Virus record (IMG/VR): IMGVR_UViG_3300046804_003540
Span: 1 to 64,000 of that record
DNA from: a virus
Reading direction: 5' to 3' (one strand)
Length of the DNA: 64,000 bases
Translations under genes and position numbers: made by a program
Shown here: positions 8,853 to 18,522 of the stretch, piece after piece
Position numbering within the stretch: position 1 is the first letter of the stretch
Layout: each line of letters opens with the position of its first letter
The notes under the pieces: model-generated
What the model saw: the letters and a program-made list of their open reading frames with translations, nothing else
Told to the model about the DNA's origin: nothing
The model's database searches: none

Positions 8853-9182
8853 TTATCGAGACATCTGTTGCATTCGTTGTTGGTCTTCCCAGCTCTGCCC
8901 AGGCAAGGGTTGACTGGCAGGTGCAGTGGGAATGACAACAGGTCTGACTACACTGATAACGGTAGTGCTTGGATTGTCAACTCTGTCACGAATGTGCTGA
9001 GGCACTTGATTGATATGTGTGTATTGGGGCCCATACTTCTTAGCGGCCCAACATTCAGGCCCGCAGGGGTTATTAACTAACGGCCCTTGATATGGACTGA
9101 CAATCTGTTGCTGTTGGTAAATGATGATCTGGGCTTGGGCAGAGCCAGCCAGGACGGCAAAGACAAGTGCTAATTTTTTCAT
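8853..9182 (-). CDS. Secreted hypothetical protein, probably leaderless
   Basis: Signal peptide MKKLALVFAVLAGSAQA; ATG 5 nt after TATAAT. Confidence 0.75.
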   Translation of the reverse strand: MKKLALVFAVLAGSAQAQIIIYQQQQIVSPYQGPLVNNPCGPECWAAKKYGPQYTHINQVPQHIRDRVDNPSTTVISVVRPVVIPTAPASQPLPGQSWEDQQRMQQMSR

Positions 9183-9187
9183 AGTTT

Positions 9188-9216
9188 ATTATACCTTTTT
9201 GAAGAATTATTGTCAA
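9188..9216 (-). promoter_or_regulatory. Sigma70-type promoter
   Basis: TTGACA-17-TATAAT(9193-9188). Confidence 0.85.
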
Positions 9217-9226
9217 TGCGTACTTT

Positions 9227-9808
9227 TTACTTAACTTTGCGCCAGCATTGTTTGATAACTTCTACAGCCCTAGTACACTGTACAATTTCATAATGGTTAT
9301 TGGAAATTTCAACATAGTCAACATCCGACCTTGCCATCATGCTTCGTTTTGTAACTACGCCGTCGTTGGGCTGTTCCATCCAAGGCACTTCACCTGTAGT
9401 GGTCACAATCTGTGTCCAAGGTATCTTAACATCTATGTCTCTAGTTGTACGAATAAACTCACTGCGAGGTGTTATGTCGTTGAACAGTTTATAACTGGGG
9501 TTCATGATCTTGCCCCACACTGCTATGTCACTGCCCGCAAATGGTGTAGCCAAACTGACTACACCACGAATATTATCGAACTGTTCTAACAAGTGCAGAG
9601 CATAAATGCCACCCAAACTATGACAGACAATAAACATGGGTTCTGTTTCGTTGTTTAGAATAATATCTTTCATATTATCTAAATTTTCAAAGGCTGTTTT
9701 GTCACGGGGATATTCTATGTACAGATAGTTTTTGGCTTCTAAGCTTTTTTGTATAAAAGCAAAGCTGTTGTGTGTGGCAGTAGCACCGTGAATGTAAACT
9801 ACTTTCAT
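9227..9808 (-). CDS. Alpha/beta hydrolase (lipase/esterase-like)
   Basis: YIHG, HSLGG nucleophile elbow, ATPFAG, DGVV, NH. Confidence 0.85.
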   Translation of the reverse strand: MKVVYIHGATATHNSFAFIQKSLEAKNYLYIEYPRDKTAFENLDNMKDIILNNETEPMFIVCHSLGGIYALHLLEQFDNIRGVVSLATPFAGSDIAVWGKIMNPSYKLFNDITPRSEFIRTTRDIDVKIPWTQIVTTTGEVPWMEQPNDGVVTKRSMMARSDVDYVEISNNHYEIVQCTRAVEVIKQCWRKVK

Positions 9809-12288
9809 GCTTTGTAGCTTTGTGCTAGTGCTTCACGGGCCTGGCGTTCGTTTTCTGCGGCAAATTGTTGTAGAGCTTGGCCGTCACTTATTTGTCCGCG
9901 ATCTAATGCTTGCCAAATTGGTAAATCAAATGTAAGGTATTTGTTTTGCACTGCTTGAGCAAAACTGCTTTCACCTGGACGACCTTGCCAGTTTGCTGGT
10001 TTTCCCCATACTACAGAAATATACTTGCCATCGGGTGATGTAATTCTCATACGCTCACCGTAAAATGTATAGGTATTGCCTTCCCATGTAAACGCAGGGT
10101 CACCGCTACTGGTTTTGCCCATGCTCCAGCCATGCTTTTTCAGTAAAGCTGCAACAGCAGCTTGATCTGTGTTTTCTGTCAGTTCTTCATCGTCCCAACC
10201 TGCAAACGGATCAACAATGACCAATTGTCCGTTGTCTCGTTGCATGATATTGTATACATTGCTCAAATCAAATTGATATTGATCACCAATGCCTGCCCTA
10301 AACAAATCATCCACAGCATACATCAAGCCATCAATGGCTCTGGCACTCAAGCCCGGTGGAATCTTGGCAAAGTCGGGTTCTCGACCCTGGCCGATTTTCT
10401 CCATTGCATATTCAAGATAATCAAGTACTGCTTCGTCACCGGGGAGATGTTTGAGTTTTTCTTGAGTGTAAGCGTAGTAGGTTTTATCACCCCATTTGAG
10501 CAATCTATCACCCCCCACTCTAGGCCAATGAGGATTTTGCTGATTCTGTCTATAAAAATCTATATATCTACGAATTTGATCTATTCTTGAACCGGATCCT
10601 TGACCTACGATCTTAAGCACATATCTACTGTTGGGTTTGCCTAACACAATTTGGTCGCGGCCTTCACCTACTATTTGCCAACCTGCGTTGGTAAAACGCT
10701 GTACAAGTTCTTCAGGAACTGTGAGTTCGTCTGCGGCATTTATTTCAAAGATTTTTCGTTCCGCCACACCTTCATTCATAGTGTATAAATTATACACAGT
10801 GGTATCAGCAAAGTCATCTATGTCAACATTGTATCCCCAACTGTTGGCATAGCGTTGCACCAAACGGTTGTATAGGTTTGTGCGACTCATTGATTTCTGC
10901 CCAGGTTCAACTGCTTTGTTTGCACTGAATCGAAGACGCTCGGGATGATATTTTTTAATAAACTTTTGTATGGCATTTAATACAGTAGCAAAGATGCGCT
11001 GTTGATCACCTTCGCCAGTGACATCCTGACTGTTGCTGCGCCAAAACTCCACAGTCCATTCTTCGTCACCGTATGCACCGTAGTCCATACTAAACATAAT
11101 ACTGAGGTTAGAACCGTCGGGTAATTTAACTAACATGTCATGTGATTCGTCACCGTGTTCCCACTTGCCTTTATATGGTTTATCAAATGCTTCCGCTACA
11201 CCTTCTTCTAATGCAGTATAATTGTCGAATTCTTCTGGATCGCTAGATACCTTGTTAAACACAACATCTCTTGAATCGAATTTTATGTCGGGCAGTTTTT
11301 TCCAGTTAAATCCACCGCCTGTTTCGTATATGCTATATGGTATATCTATAGTATATACACCTTCTTCTACTTTTACTGCCACATATACATGTTGCTCATA
11401 ACTGCAACTCACTGTAGTACACTCTATGCCTATATCCCACATAATATCGCATATGGCATCTGCAATAATATGACAAATACCACCACCTGCATAGGTGTCT
11501 ATATTTGATTCGTCCCACTCATCGTATATGCGTTGAGCAGCCACTAATATGCGATGAATATTTTGTTTTGCCAAGTTTACACTAGGTAGACTGTTTACTT
11601 GATCTTGGCCTTCCGCCACTGCCTGTGTAAAGTTCTCATCCAGCATTGAGCTGTACCATGGATCAGTAATAACAATAGTGCCATCACTGCGCAGCATGGC
11701 ATTTTCTGTGTGTAAATCCCAACCAAATCCCTGCTTGCGGCCTATGTGGTACATTAGCTGCATGGTCAAATACAAGTACTTGAGAGTGGTTCGTTTACCG
11801 CCAGCAATCTTTTTTGCAACTGCTTCACTGTCGCCTTCATAGTATTGCCATATTTTACTCTTGGGATTAGTCAGCTGTTGAGAAGCAGCTGGCCAGTCAA
11901 GGCGATTGGCCACGCACTCACTCATGGCCCATACTACAGCTTCTTCAAAACTGCCGTCAGGCAACGGCTGTAATTTTTCTACAGCTATTTGATAAAATGT
12001 TTCGCCGTTGATGTCAAACTTAGTATAGTGCTGTCCGCCTATGGGGACAAACTTCATCATGTGTGGATTGTCACTGTATTTTTGTGCGGTTTCATAATAG
12101 GCCAAGAATACTTTTTCTGCAGGTGTTAGGTCGCCACTTTCGGGCATTAAAATTTTAATAACACGGCCTTCATCCTTGCCCCATACTGTACTGTCTACAC
12201 CTGACCCCAGTTCAGTGTAGCCGGCCTTACGCATTGTTTTGTTAATTTTGTCCCACTGTTCAGGACCGTGTAGTTCGTGTAATAACAT
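9805..12288 (-). CDS. Multidomain protein with two protein-kinase-like domains
   Basis: Kinase 1: LGSGVDSTVW..VIKI..WDLHTENAM..ITDP; kinase 2: VGEGRDQIV..VLKI..FDL..NIM..IVDP; middle GGICH..HVY..ID domain; (E/Q)(G/A)VAE linkers. Confidence 0.75.
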   Translation of the reverse strand: MLLHELHGPEQWDKINKTMRKAGYTELGSGVDSTVWGKDEGRVIKILMPESGDLTPAEKVFLAYYETAQKYSDNPHMMKFVPIGGQHYTKFDINGETFYQIAVEKLQPLPDGSFEEAVVWAMSECVANRLDWPAASQQLTNPKSKIWQYYEGDSEAVAKKIAGGKRTTLKYLYLTMQLMYHIGRKQGFGWDLHTENAMLRSDGTIVITDPWYSSMLDENFTQAVAEGQDQVNSLPSVNLAKQNIHRILVAAQRIYDEWDESNIDTYAGGGICHIIADAICDIMWDIGIECTTVSCSYEQHVYVAVKVEEGVYTIDIPYSIYETGGGFNWKKLPDIKFDSRDVVFNKVSSDPEEFDNYTALEEGVAEAFDKPYKGKWEHGDESHDMLVKLPDGSNLSIMFSMDYGAYGDEEWTVEFWRSNSQDVTGEGDQQRIFATVLNAIQKFIKKYHPERLRFSANKAVEPGQKSMSRTNLYNRLVQRYANSWGYNVDIDDFADTTVYNLYTMNEGVAERKIFEINAADELTVPEELVQRFTNAGWQIVGEGRDQIVLGKPNSRYVLKIVGQGSGSRIDQIRRYIDFYRQNQQNPHWPRVGGDRLLKWGDKTYYAYTQEKLKHLPGDEAVLDYLEYAMEKIGQGREPDFAKIPPGLSARAIDGLMYAVDDLFRAGIGDQYQFDLSNVYNIMQRDNGQLVIVDPFAGWDDEELTENTDQAAVAALLKKHGWSMGKTSSGDPAFTWEGNTYTFYGERMRITSPDGKYISVVWGKPANWQGRPGESSFAQAVQNKYLTFDLPIWQALDRGQISDGQALQQFAAENERQAREALAQSYKA

Positions 12289-12291
12289 CTA

Positions 12292-12927
12292 TTATTCCCA
12301 AGCCACCATTTTAAATCGTTCTTTTGGAATGCCAAAGTAATTGCATTTCCAATCGCTTTGTGCAAAAAAATCTAAATGATGCCATTTATCTTTGTGTTCT
12401 AGTATTTGCAGTGCAGCATCGTCCCAATCAATGGCGGCCAGTTTAGGTTCTATCTGTTGTCTCACTGCTTCTACTTCTTCGTAGCTAAAACCATCCCATT
12501 CCCAATGCAATACTTCAAAGGCATTGCCTTGACGATCTACATAGTCTATGCTGAAATCTAAGCCCCACTTGGGACGCATGGCTATGATTTTATAAATCAA
12601 AGGTAACCTTTGCGCCCATCTTTGTAGTTGCTCCAGTGCTTGTTCACTGTAGGCCTTGCGTTCAAACAACAGGCTGTGATTGAGCACAGCACCTTCTAGT
12701 TTATCTTCCTGTGTGAACCATGGCTGTTTGATAGCTGCTCTATGTTGACGATGGCGCTGGGGTCTAGCATCGTTTACTTCAGCATATCGCTGTTCTAGTT
12801 CAGTAAGGTCGTAGCCATTTTGATCGAATAATTCCAAGTCGCTGGGCAAAGGTGTAAACAGTGTTTTGTCTATGGGCTTGCTCCAATGACCGTTAAAGTT
12901 GAAACGAGTATCAGCTAGTTTTATCAT
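12292..12927 (-). CDS. Hypothetical protein
   Basis: Start re-assigned to MIKLADT (ATGA overlap); FDQNGYDLT..KWGLDFSIDY. Confidence 0.75.
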   Translation of the reverse strand: MIKLADTRFNFNGHWSKPIDKTLFTPLPSDLELFDQNGYDLTELEQRYAEVNDARPQRHRQHRAAIKQPWFTQEDKLEGAVLNHSLLFERKAYSEQALEQLQRWAQRLPLIYKIIAMRPKWGLDFSIDYVDRQGNAFEVLHWEWDGFSYEEVEAVRQQIEPKLAAIDWDDAALQILEHKDKWHHLDFFAQSDWKCNYFGIPKERFKMVAWE

Positions 12928-13322
12928 TTTACAATAGGACCGCCTGTTATCCAAAGTTCACAACTGCGAGAGCCTGCACATTTAAAATGCAGCAAATTGC
13001 AGTAGCCTAGGTCAGCTGCTTCACGAGTTTTTTCTGCTTCATAAGCTTCCGCACCCATGCCATCGTGAATACATTTATACATAGCATCAGTAATATTAAA
13101 AGCCGCACAGTTAGCACACTGCATGGTTTTAGCAGTCTTTTCATCTATGCCCCATTGCTTGGCAGATTGTTTCCAATAGTTGCCAGGCTTGTCAGGGTTA
13201 GCGGGACCGTAGTGATGTTTGTCTATGGCCACTTGTCTATTCTTTACATTGACTGAGAGATCATGTGTAGCAATAGGACAACCTTTACTGACTGCTTCTA
13301 CTATTTGTATATAATTTTTCAT
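12924..13322 (-). CDS. Cys-rich hypothetical protein
   Basis: CANC, YC, KC, SC motifs; YGPANP. Confidence 0.75.
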   Translation of the reverse strand: MKNYIQIVEAVSKGCPIATHDLSVNVKNRQVAIDKHHYGPANPDKPGNYWKQSAKQWGIDEKTAKTMQCANCAAFNITDAMYKCIHDGMGAEAYEAEKTREAADLGYCNLLHFKCAGSRSCELWITGGPIVK

Positions 13323-13323
13323 A

Positions 13324-15648
13324 TTACCTCATTTCAGGAGCGATTTCAACACCGTCTTGCATGTGTCTTGGGTTTCGTCGTAACCATTGCATGGCCACAC
13401 GGTTAGCATCACTTTGTGCATTGCCTATACCACCAAAGCGATGTATTTCATTGCCATCGGGATCTAAAATAAGCCAATTGCCTGTAAAAGTACCACCACG
13501 CTGTTGTTGTGCTGGTTCACGTTGTTGGTCATTGATTGCACGCCATCCGTAGTCTTCGGTGTCGTGCGGCAATCCAAATACATCCATAACCTGTGTATAT
13601 TTTCTTGCGGCTTCTTGGTCTGTGTTGGCAATAAACTTGAACACTGGCTGCATAGTTCTTCGCTCAACAATTTCGTAGTTAGCATCCGCTGCTTGGCCGC
13701 CCCAACCCAGTCTATTCTCTATGTCTGTTTGACCTAAACCATTTGCAAATCCTTCGCCGGGCAGTGGCTGTTGTCCTGCTGTGCGGCGTAGACCCAACTG
13801 GCTTCTTTGAAGACCAGTGTTAGCTACCATTGACTCTCTGTACCTATTGCCAATTTCCAAGGCCATTTGATCATCAGCAGCCCAAAATTCTCTGTAAGGC
13901 GTATCAGTTTGTCTATTGTACAATTCGTATTGTATACTGCCTGGTTGGCCTGCTGGACGAGGTTCACCTGCTGTAGCCTTAACAGGTTCAGTGCTGTACG
14001 GACGCAGAGGTTTAGCAGTGGCTGCAGGCATGTATTCGGGGCTTTTCAATCCAAATTCTGTTGCGGCTTTTGTTAATGCTTCTTCTCGAGTCTTAGCAAC
14101 AACTTCCACACCAGGACCATTGGGCACATCGCCGTCTCTCCAAACTTCCCACCAGTAGTCAACATCACCCTTGGGTCCACGCTGTATATTACGCTCTAAC
14201 TGTGCTTGTTTGATAAAGCTTTTCAATGCAGCCTTGGGCATTTTGCCTGCTACATAGTCAGCAAAGAATTTTACAGTGTCAGCACCTTCTGTTCGAGCTC
14301 CCAGCAACTTGTATAGCTTCTTTAAGTATTCTTCGCGATACTTTTCTGGATCTGCAGCTGCATCTAGGGCCACTACAAAACGCAGCAGTGTATTTTTAAT
14401 TTTTGCAGGATCGTTCTGTAGATCTGCTAACCAATTGCCACCAGGACTGCGAAACTCCACATAACCATCCTTGGTATTGATACTGGTATACTTGCTGGTA
14501 ACACCCGTGTGAATTGCTTTACTGGCTGCAGCATTCAAATGCGCTTTCATTTGCTTTAGCAGAGCTGCAACATCTTCAGGACGCTGTCGTGCCTGTTCGC
14601 GAACTTTGTCGATGGCAGGTCTGGTATAGGTATTGTTCATACGGTCAAAAGATTTTAACACATACTCATCGCCCAACAACAGTGCTAATTTAACATAGTC
14701 TAATTTGTTTAAATCACCTGACCAACTGGGTACACTGACATTCATGTGCAGGCCTGTGCTCTTGTTAGTATAACAGCCTCGGCGTTTGGCCCAAGTTCTA
14801 ATTTTATCCAAGTCTGAAAACATTTCGTCAATGGGCAAAGGTGGACTAACAAATTCTAGACCTGCTTCGCCTGGATCATCTGCGTCAATGCTGCCGTCGG
14901 GCTCTACTACATAGTGTCCGGCTTCACGACGACCACCGTGATAGTTTTGGCTGGTGTTAACTGGTCTGCCCACTGCTTGACTGAATTCATCTCCTATGGC
15001 GTCAACATTGATATCACTGTCCTGGCTGGTATAAAATGGCCAGGACAAACCAGTGGCATTTTCAATGTCCGACATCATGGGGTAGTTTCTACGCAGCCAA
15101 TTTTCTTCATCTGCATTGCCAAAATAATCATCAGAATGCTGTTGTCTAGCTTCGTCATAGTATGAGTTTTGGTCTTCTATACACTGTTTGGCAAATTCTT
15201 CATAGTCTTCTCTGAAAATATCTTCTTGACTATCAGGTAAGTTTAATGCACTGCGTATTTCATCCGCTGAAGCATTGTCTCTTACATACCCATAGACAAT
15301 GTCTTCAGCATCATTGTCAAAATCTTCATTTGCCGTTTCACCTATATAATCATAAAATTCTTCTTGTAATGGCTGTAATGCTTGTTCAACAGTTCTAGTA
15401 GAGTTTACACCATCTCCGCCAGTAAAGAAGTCTATAATATCGCTCCAACTGCGTGTTCTTTCGTCTTGGTCGTAGTCAGGTTCTAAGTCGCCTTCGTCGT
15501 CCCCGCCCATGGCGTTGGGCACTACCATTTCAAATTCCATGCCTGCACGAGCATCGATTTTGTTGGCCAGCTTTTCCAAGCTGGAAGGGCTCATGTTAAT
15601 TTCAAATAATTCGGATTCTTCTAAGGGTTTAATATCGTTAAATCGCAT
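13324..15648 (-). CDS. Putative amidoligase (COOH-NH2 ligase type 2) with repeated C-terminal modules
   Basis: GMEFE, EPDGSI, GLEFVSPP, STGLHMNVS, KYTSIN, VEFRSPGG. Confidence 0.8.
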   Translation of the reverse strand: MRFNDIKPLEESELFEINMSPSSLEKLANKIDARAGMEFEMVVPNAMGGDDEGDLEPDYDQDERTRSWSDIIDFFTGGDGVNSTRTVEQALQPLQEEFYDYIGETANEDFDNDAEDIVYGYVRDNASADEIRSALNLPDSQEDIFREDYEEFAKQCIEDQNSYYDEARQQHSDDYFGNADEENWLRRNYPMMSDIENATGLSWPFYTSQDSDINVDAIGDEFSQAVGRPVNTSQNYHGGRREAGHYVVEPDGSIDADDPGEAGLEFVSPPLPIDEMFSDLDKIRTWAKRRGCYTNKSTGLHMNVSVPSWSGDLNKLDYVKLALLLGDEYVLKSFDRMNNTYTRPAIDKVREQARQRPEDVAALLKQMKAHLNAAASKAIHTGVTSKYTSINTKDGYVEFRSPGGNWLADLQNDPAKIKNTLLRFVVALDAAADPEKYREEYLKKLYKLLGARTEGADTVKFFADYVAGKMPKAALKSFIKQAQLERNIQRGPKGDVDYWWEVWRDGDVPNGPGVEVVAKTREEALTKAATEFGLKSPEYMPAATAKPLRPYSTEPVKATAGEPRPAGQPGSIQYELYNRQTDTPYREFWAADDQMALEIGNRYRESMVANTGLQRSQLGLRRTAGQQPLPGEGFANGLGQTDIENRLGWGGQAADANYEIVERRTMQPVFKFIANTDQEAARKYTQVMDVFGLPHDTEDYGWRAINDQQREPAQQQRGGTFTGNWLILDPDGNEIHRFGGIGNAQSDANRVAMQWLRRNPRHMQDGVEIAPEMR

Positions 15649-15667
15649 GGCTTAATTCCAGATATTA

Positions 15668-15675
15668 TATTTATA
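15668..15675 (-). promoter_or_regulatory. T4-late-like promoter TATAAATA
   Basis: Exact TATAAATA about 20 nt upstream of the amidoligase ATG. Confidence 0.65.
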
Positions 15676-15682
15676 GTAAAGC

Positions 15683-15704
15683 AAAAAGGACCCTTAGGTC
15701 CTTT
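15683..15704 (-). terminator. Intrinsic terminator
   Basis: AAAGGACC/GGTCCTTT stem with T-run. Confidence 0.65.
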
Positions 15705-15919
15705 ATACACCATATAATTCATGGTATCTAGCCATTGCCTTGCTTCTAGCTAAAGCAAGCCTTTTTGTGATATCTGGGGGTAAATCTTCGTCGGGTTCGT
15801 AAATTTTAGTGTCTTTTACGATTTCTGGACGACGAGGACTTACATAGATATCTTCATCATCAATTGTAACTTCGCGGGGATCGCGTCCCTCCAGTCTAAT
15901 TAATGAGAATCGTAAAGGA
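15703..15919 (-). CDS. Startless coding-like frame, possible +1 frameshift extension of 15920..16153
   Basis: Protein-like NPLRFSLIRLEG..RLALARSKAMARYHELYGV; no suitable ATG/RBS at its 5' end. Confidence 0.4.
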
Positions 15920-16153
15920 TTACTTCTTAGCAGCTTCGGCTTTTTTATCTTCGGCTTTTGCAGCAGGCTTGGCTGCAGGGCTTTTGTTGTCAGCAGGTTT
16001 GGCCTCCTTGACAGCACCAGCGGCAGCGCCGGCAGCAACTGGAGCAGTTACAGCAGGTTTAGTTTCAGCTTTCTTTTCTTCTTTTTTGGTAGCATCTGCG
16101 GCAAATGCAGTGACAGCAAACAAACCAGCGATTAGAGTTGCAACGAGTTTCAT
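15920..16153 (-). CDS. Small secreted K/A/P-rich protein
   Basis: Signal peptide MKLVATLIAGLFAVTAFA, AAGGA RBS. Confidence 0.75.
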   Translation of the reverse strand: MKLVATLIAGLFAVTAFAADATKKEEKKAETKPAVTAPVAAGAAAGAVKEAKPADNKSPAAKPAAKAEDKKAEAAKK

Positions 16154-16243
16154 GGTAATTTCCTTTAGGTTAAACGCAAAACAGTTCTTGCGTATATATT
16201 AAACGCACAAGAACTGCTATTGGTTTACAAATTTGGTAAAAGT

Positions 16244-17059
16244 TTATTCAGCGTTTTTGCCGCATTTGGCTCGTTTGGCGGCTGTAAGTTTTCCATAGTC
16301 CACTGCCCATTCTTGTCCTGGCTGTAGTTCTACTGCACCCTGTGGCATGCCAAACTTAACACCTGTTTTGGCTGTGATGTCTGCTACAGGTACTCTAAAC
16401 TTGGTCAAGTCGTTGCCCAAGTTAGGATAAGGTGCTACATGTGGGAACCACCAAGCAGCTACTTGTTTGGTATTATTGTTGATTACAATTTTATAAAATG
16501 CATTGGGCACAACAACACCAGCACCAATGTACTTGTCACCGTTATAGACACTGCCGGTTAGAATAGTATAGTTATTATTGGTCTGTACTGCCCAACCACG
16601 CACTGATGTTTCCAATAGTTTCCAAGCACCACGATTTAAACTGCCTGCTTGAGGTGCCATATTAGTCATCAAAAAACTTTCATATTCTACCTGTTGATCC
16701 CAACTCATATCACCATCGGGTGCCATGTGTCCTTTGTCATAGCCTGTGCCTACATAATCTTCAGGTCTGGGACCATTTGGCACACTTGCGTCTGCTACAA
16801 AAGCATTGGTGCGAGGAAAGCAACCTAGTGCATTTTGTGGTGTTAATGTCCACATAACATATTGTGGTACTTTGACAGCCGCATCATAGCCTACAAAATA
16901 AGCACGGCGGCAAACAGGTATTAGTTGTCTTGAGCTTTGAGGAAAGCCATATGGAGCATGTATTTGGCATCGTTCAACAGGCAGGGGTGCGGTCTGTGTC
17001 CATGAAAAGCTGGGCAGTGAAGCAAATAAAAGTGCGAAAGAAAGTAATAATTTTTTCAT
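16244..17059 (-). CDS. DNA/RNA non-specific endonuclease (NucA/EndoG type) with signal peptide
   Basis: YDKGHMAP, NMAPQ, LNRGAW..LE, VPNAFYK. Confidence 0.9.
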   Translation of the reverse strand: MKKLLLSFALLFASLPSFSWTQTAPLPVERCQIHAPYGFPQSSRQLIPVCRRAYFVGYDAAVKVPQYVMWTLTPQNALGCFPRTNAFVADASVPNGPRPEDYVGTGYDKGHMAPDGDMSWDQQVEYESFLMTNMAPQAGSLNRGAWKLLETSVRGWAVQTNNNYTILTGSVYNGDKYIGAGVVVPNAFYKIVINNNTKQVAAWWFPHVAPYPNLGNDLTKFRVPVADITAKTGVKFGMPQGAVELQPGQEWAVDYGKLTAAKRAKCGKNAE

Positions 17060-17083
17060 CGAAAATCCTTAGATATAGAATAT

Positions 17084-17971
17084 TTAGTGCAGCTTAACTG
17101 ACTTAACAAACTGGTGGGTGTCCAGTATGTCTAAAATTTCCTTTTCGTGTAAATTAGAAACTAGTTTTGCTACAGGTATTCGGCCGGGTGTTAGGTAAGG
17201 ATGATCAATTCGTAAATTTCTTTCTAAGAAAAAATTAGCGTTATTTTCGTAATATAATTTTGCAAGTTTTCTTTGCTTTTCGACTTCGTTGCTATCACTA
17301 TTAAAAAATAGTGTAGTAAAATCTGCACTATAAAATCTAAAAGGTTTAAATGCTTGATCAGTTATATACTTGTCATTATCTATAGCAAGATCCTGTAGTG
17401 TTTTTCCTATTTCAACATAGTTGATGTATACAGTGCCAAATTCATAACAATCAGTAAAATATTGGTAGTCGTCTATTTCTAATCTATGAGTTTTTGGTAA
17501 TCCATAATAAGTTACTACGTGTCGAGGTTTAGCACCTCTTGTAATGCTTTCGCATCTATGCACACTGACATTTAGTTCACATAAACTTAGTTTTACAGCG
17601 TCAGGCGCTTGGGCAAATAAACTATCACTTTGCTTGTCTAAATGTCCGTGATAAGTTTCAAAACAGTAGTGCAGGTAATTCAGCGTGTCTTGATCTTCAA
17701 CAGTAAATAATTTTCTATCAATCACAGGACTAAAACTATTAATAGTGTCAATGTGAAAGTTGATAGTATCTACCGCAGTTTTGATCTGTTGGTCCAAGGG
17801 ACCGAATCCATAAAACCGTGTGGGATCGTCTATGGTATATTTTTTTTGAGCAGTGACCAATCTTTCCATCCACAGTGGAACAACGGGGTTGGCCAGTAAC
17901 TGATATGTAAAAGCAATGGAATCATTTAGATTGCTGGGGTCAGCATATTCAACTATTAGTTTGGACAGCAT
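17084..17971 (-). CDS. Hypothetical protein
   Basis: ~295 aa; LNYLH..FE, VHRCE, VEIGK. Confidence 0.7.
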   Translation of the reverse strand: MLSKLIVEYADPSNLNDSIAFTYQLLANPVVPLWMERLVTAQKKYTIDDPTRFYGFGPLDQQIKTAVDTINFHIDTINSFSPVIDRKLFTVEDQDTLNYLHYCFETYHGHLDKQSDSLFAQAPDAVKLSLCELNVSVHRCESITRGAKPRHVVTYYGLPKTHRLEIDDYQYFTDCYEFGTVYINYVEIGKTLQDLAIDNDKYITDQAFKPFRFYSADFTTLFFNSDSNEVEKQRKLAKLYYENNANFFLERNLRIDHPYLTPGRIPVAKLVSNLHEKEILDILDTHQFVKSVKLH

Positions 17972-18468
17972 CAAGATTTTGCGAATTCTTGATATTTAAA
18001 CCAACGGCGTTGACTCCAATAGATTTTTAAACTTAGACCAAATGCTTCAAACTTTGGGCGCCACATATAAAAACTAGGGCCATGTGCGCCGCTGGTCTTG
18101 TTCATTTCTTTACCGTAATAGTCTAAGTGATCCCAGCGATATATATCCCACTGATATTGATGTACCATTTCGTGAGCCAGTGTATTCATGAACCACTGTT
18201 CGCAAAACCATTTATCGCTTAATTTGATAGTGCAGTAACTGCCTGTGTCCTGTTGATCTTTTTGCCATTGACAGTAGCCCCATATTTTTCTCAGTCTACC
18301 TAGTTCAATTTCGGGACGATATAACTGATTGTCAAACACATATTTGTTGATGATATTATATGCGTATATAACTTCACTCTGCGTGGGTCTAAAACATTTA
18401 CGCCGTTGCTCGGTAATCATGGGCAACGGTTGGCTCATTATTCTTCGAATGGGATTCGGTCTGGCCAT
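17971..18468 (-). CDS. SprT-like zinc metalloprotease
   Basis: LAHEMVH, AHGPSF. Confidence 0.8.
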   Translation of the reverse strand: MARPNPIRRIMSQPLPMITEQRRKCFRPTQSEVIYAYNIINKYVFDNQLYRPEIELGRLRKIWGYCQWQKDQQDTGSYCTIKLSDKWFCEQWFMNTLAHEMVHQYQWDIYRWDHLDYYGKEMNKTSGAHGPSFYMWRPKFEAFGLSLKIYWSQRRWFKYQEFAKS

Positions 18469-18470
18469 AA

Positions 18471-18506
18471 AAAATGCTCCTTTGTATTTACACAGAGGAG
18501 CATTTT
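18471..18506 (-). promoter_or_regulatory. RBS-sequestering hairpin with TAAATA in the loop
   Basis: AAAATGCTCCT/AGGAGCATTTT 11-bp stem; TAAATA at 18485-18490. Confidence 0.6.
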
Positions 18507-18522
18507 ATAATAACTAAACTAA

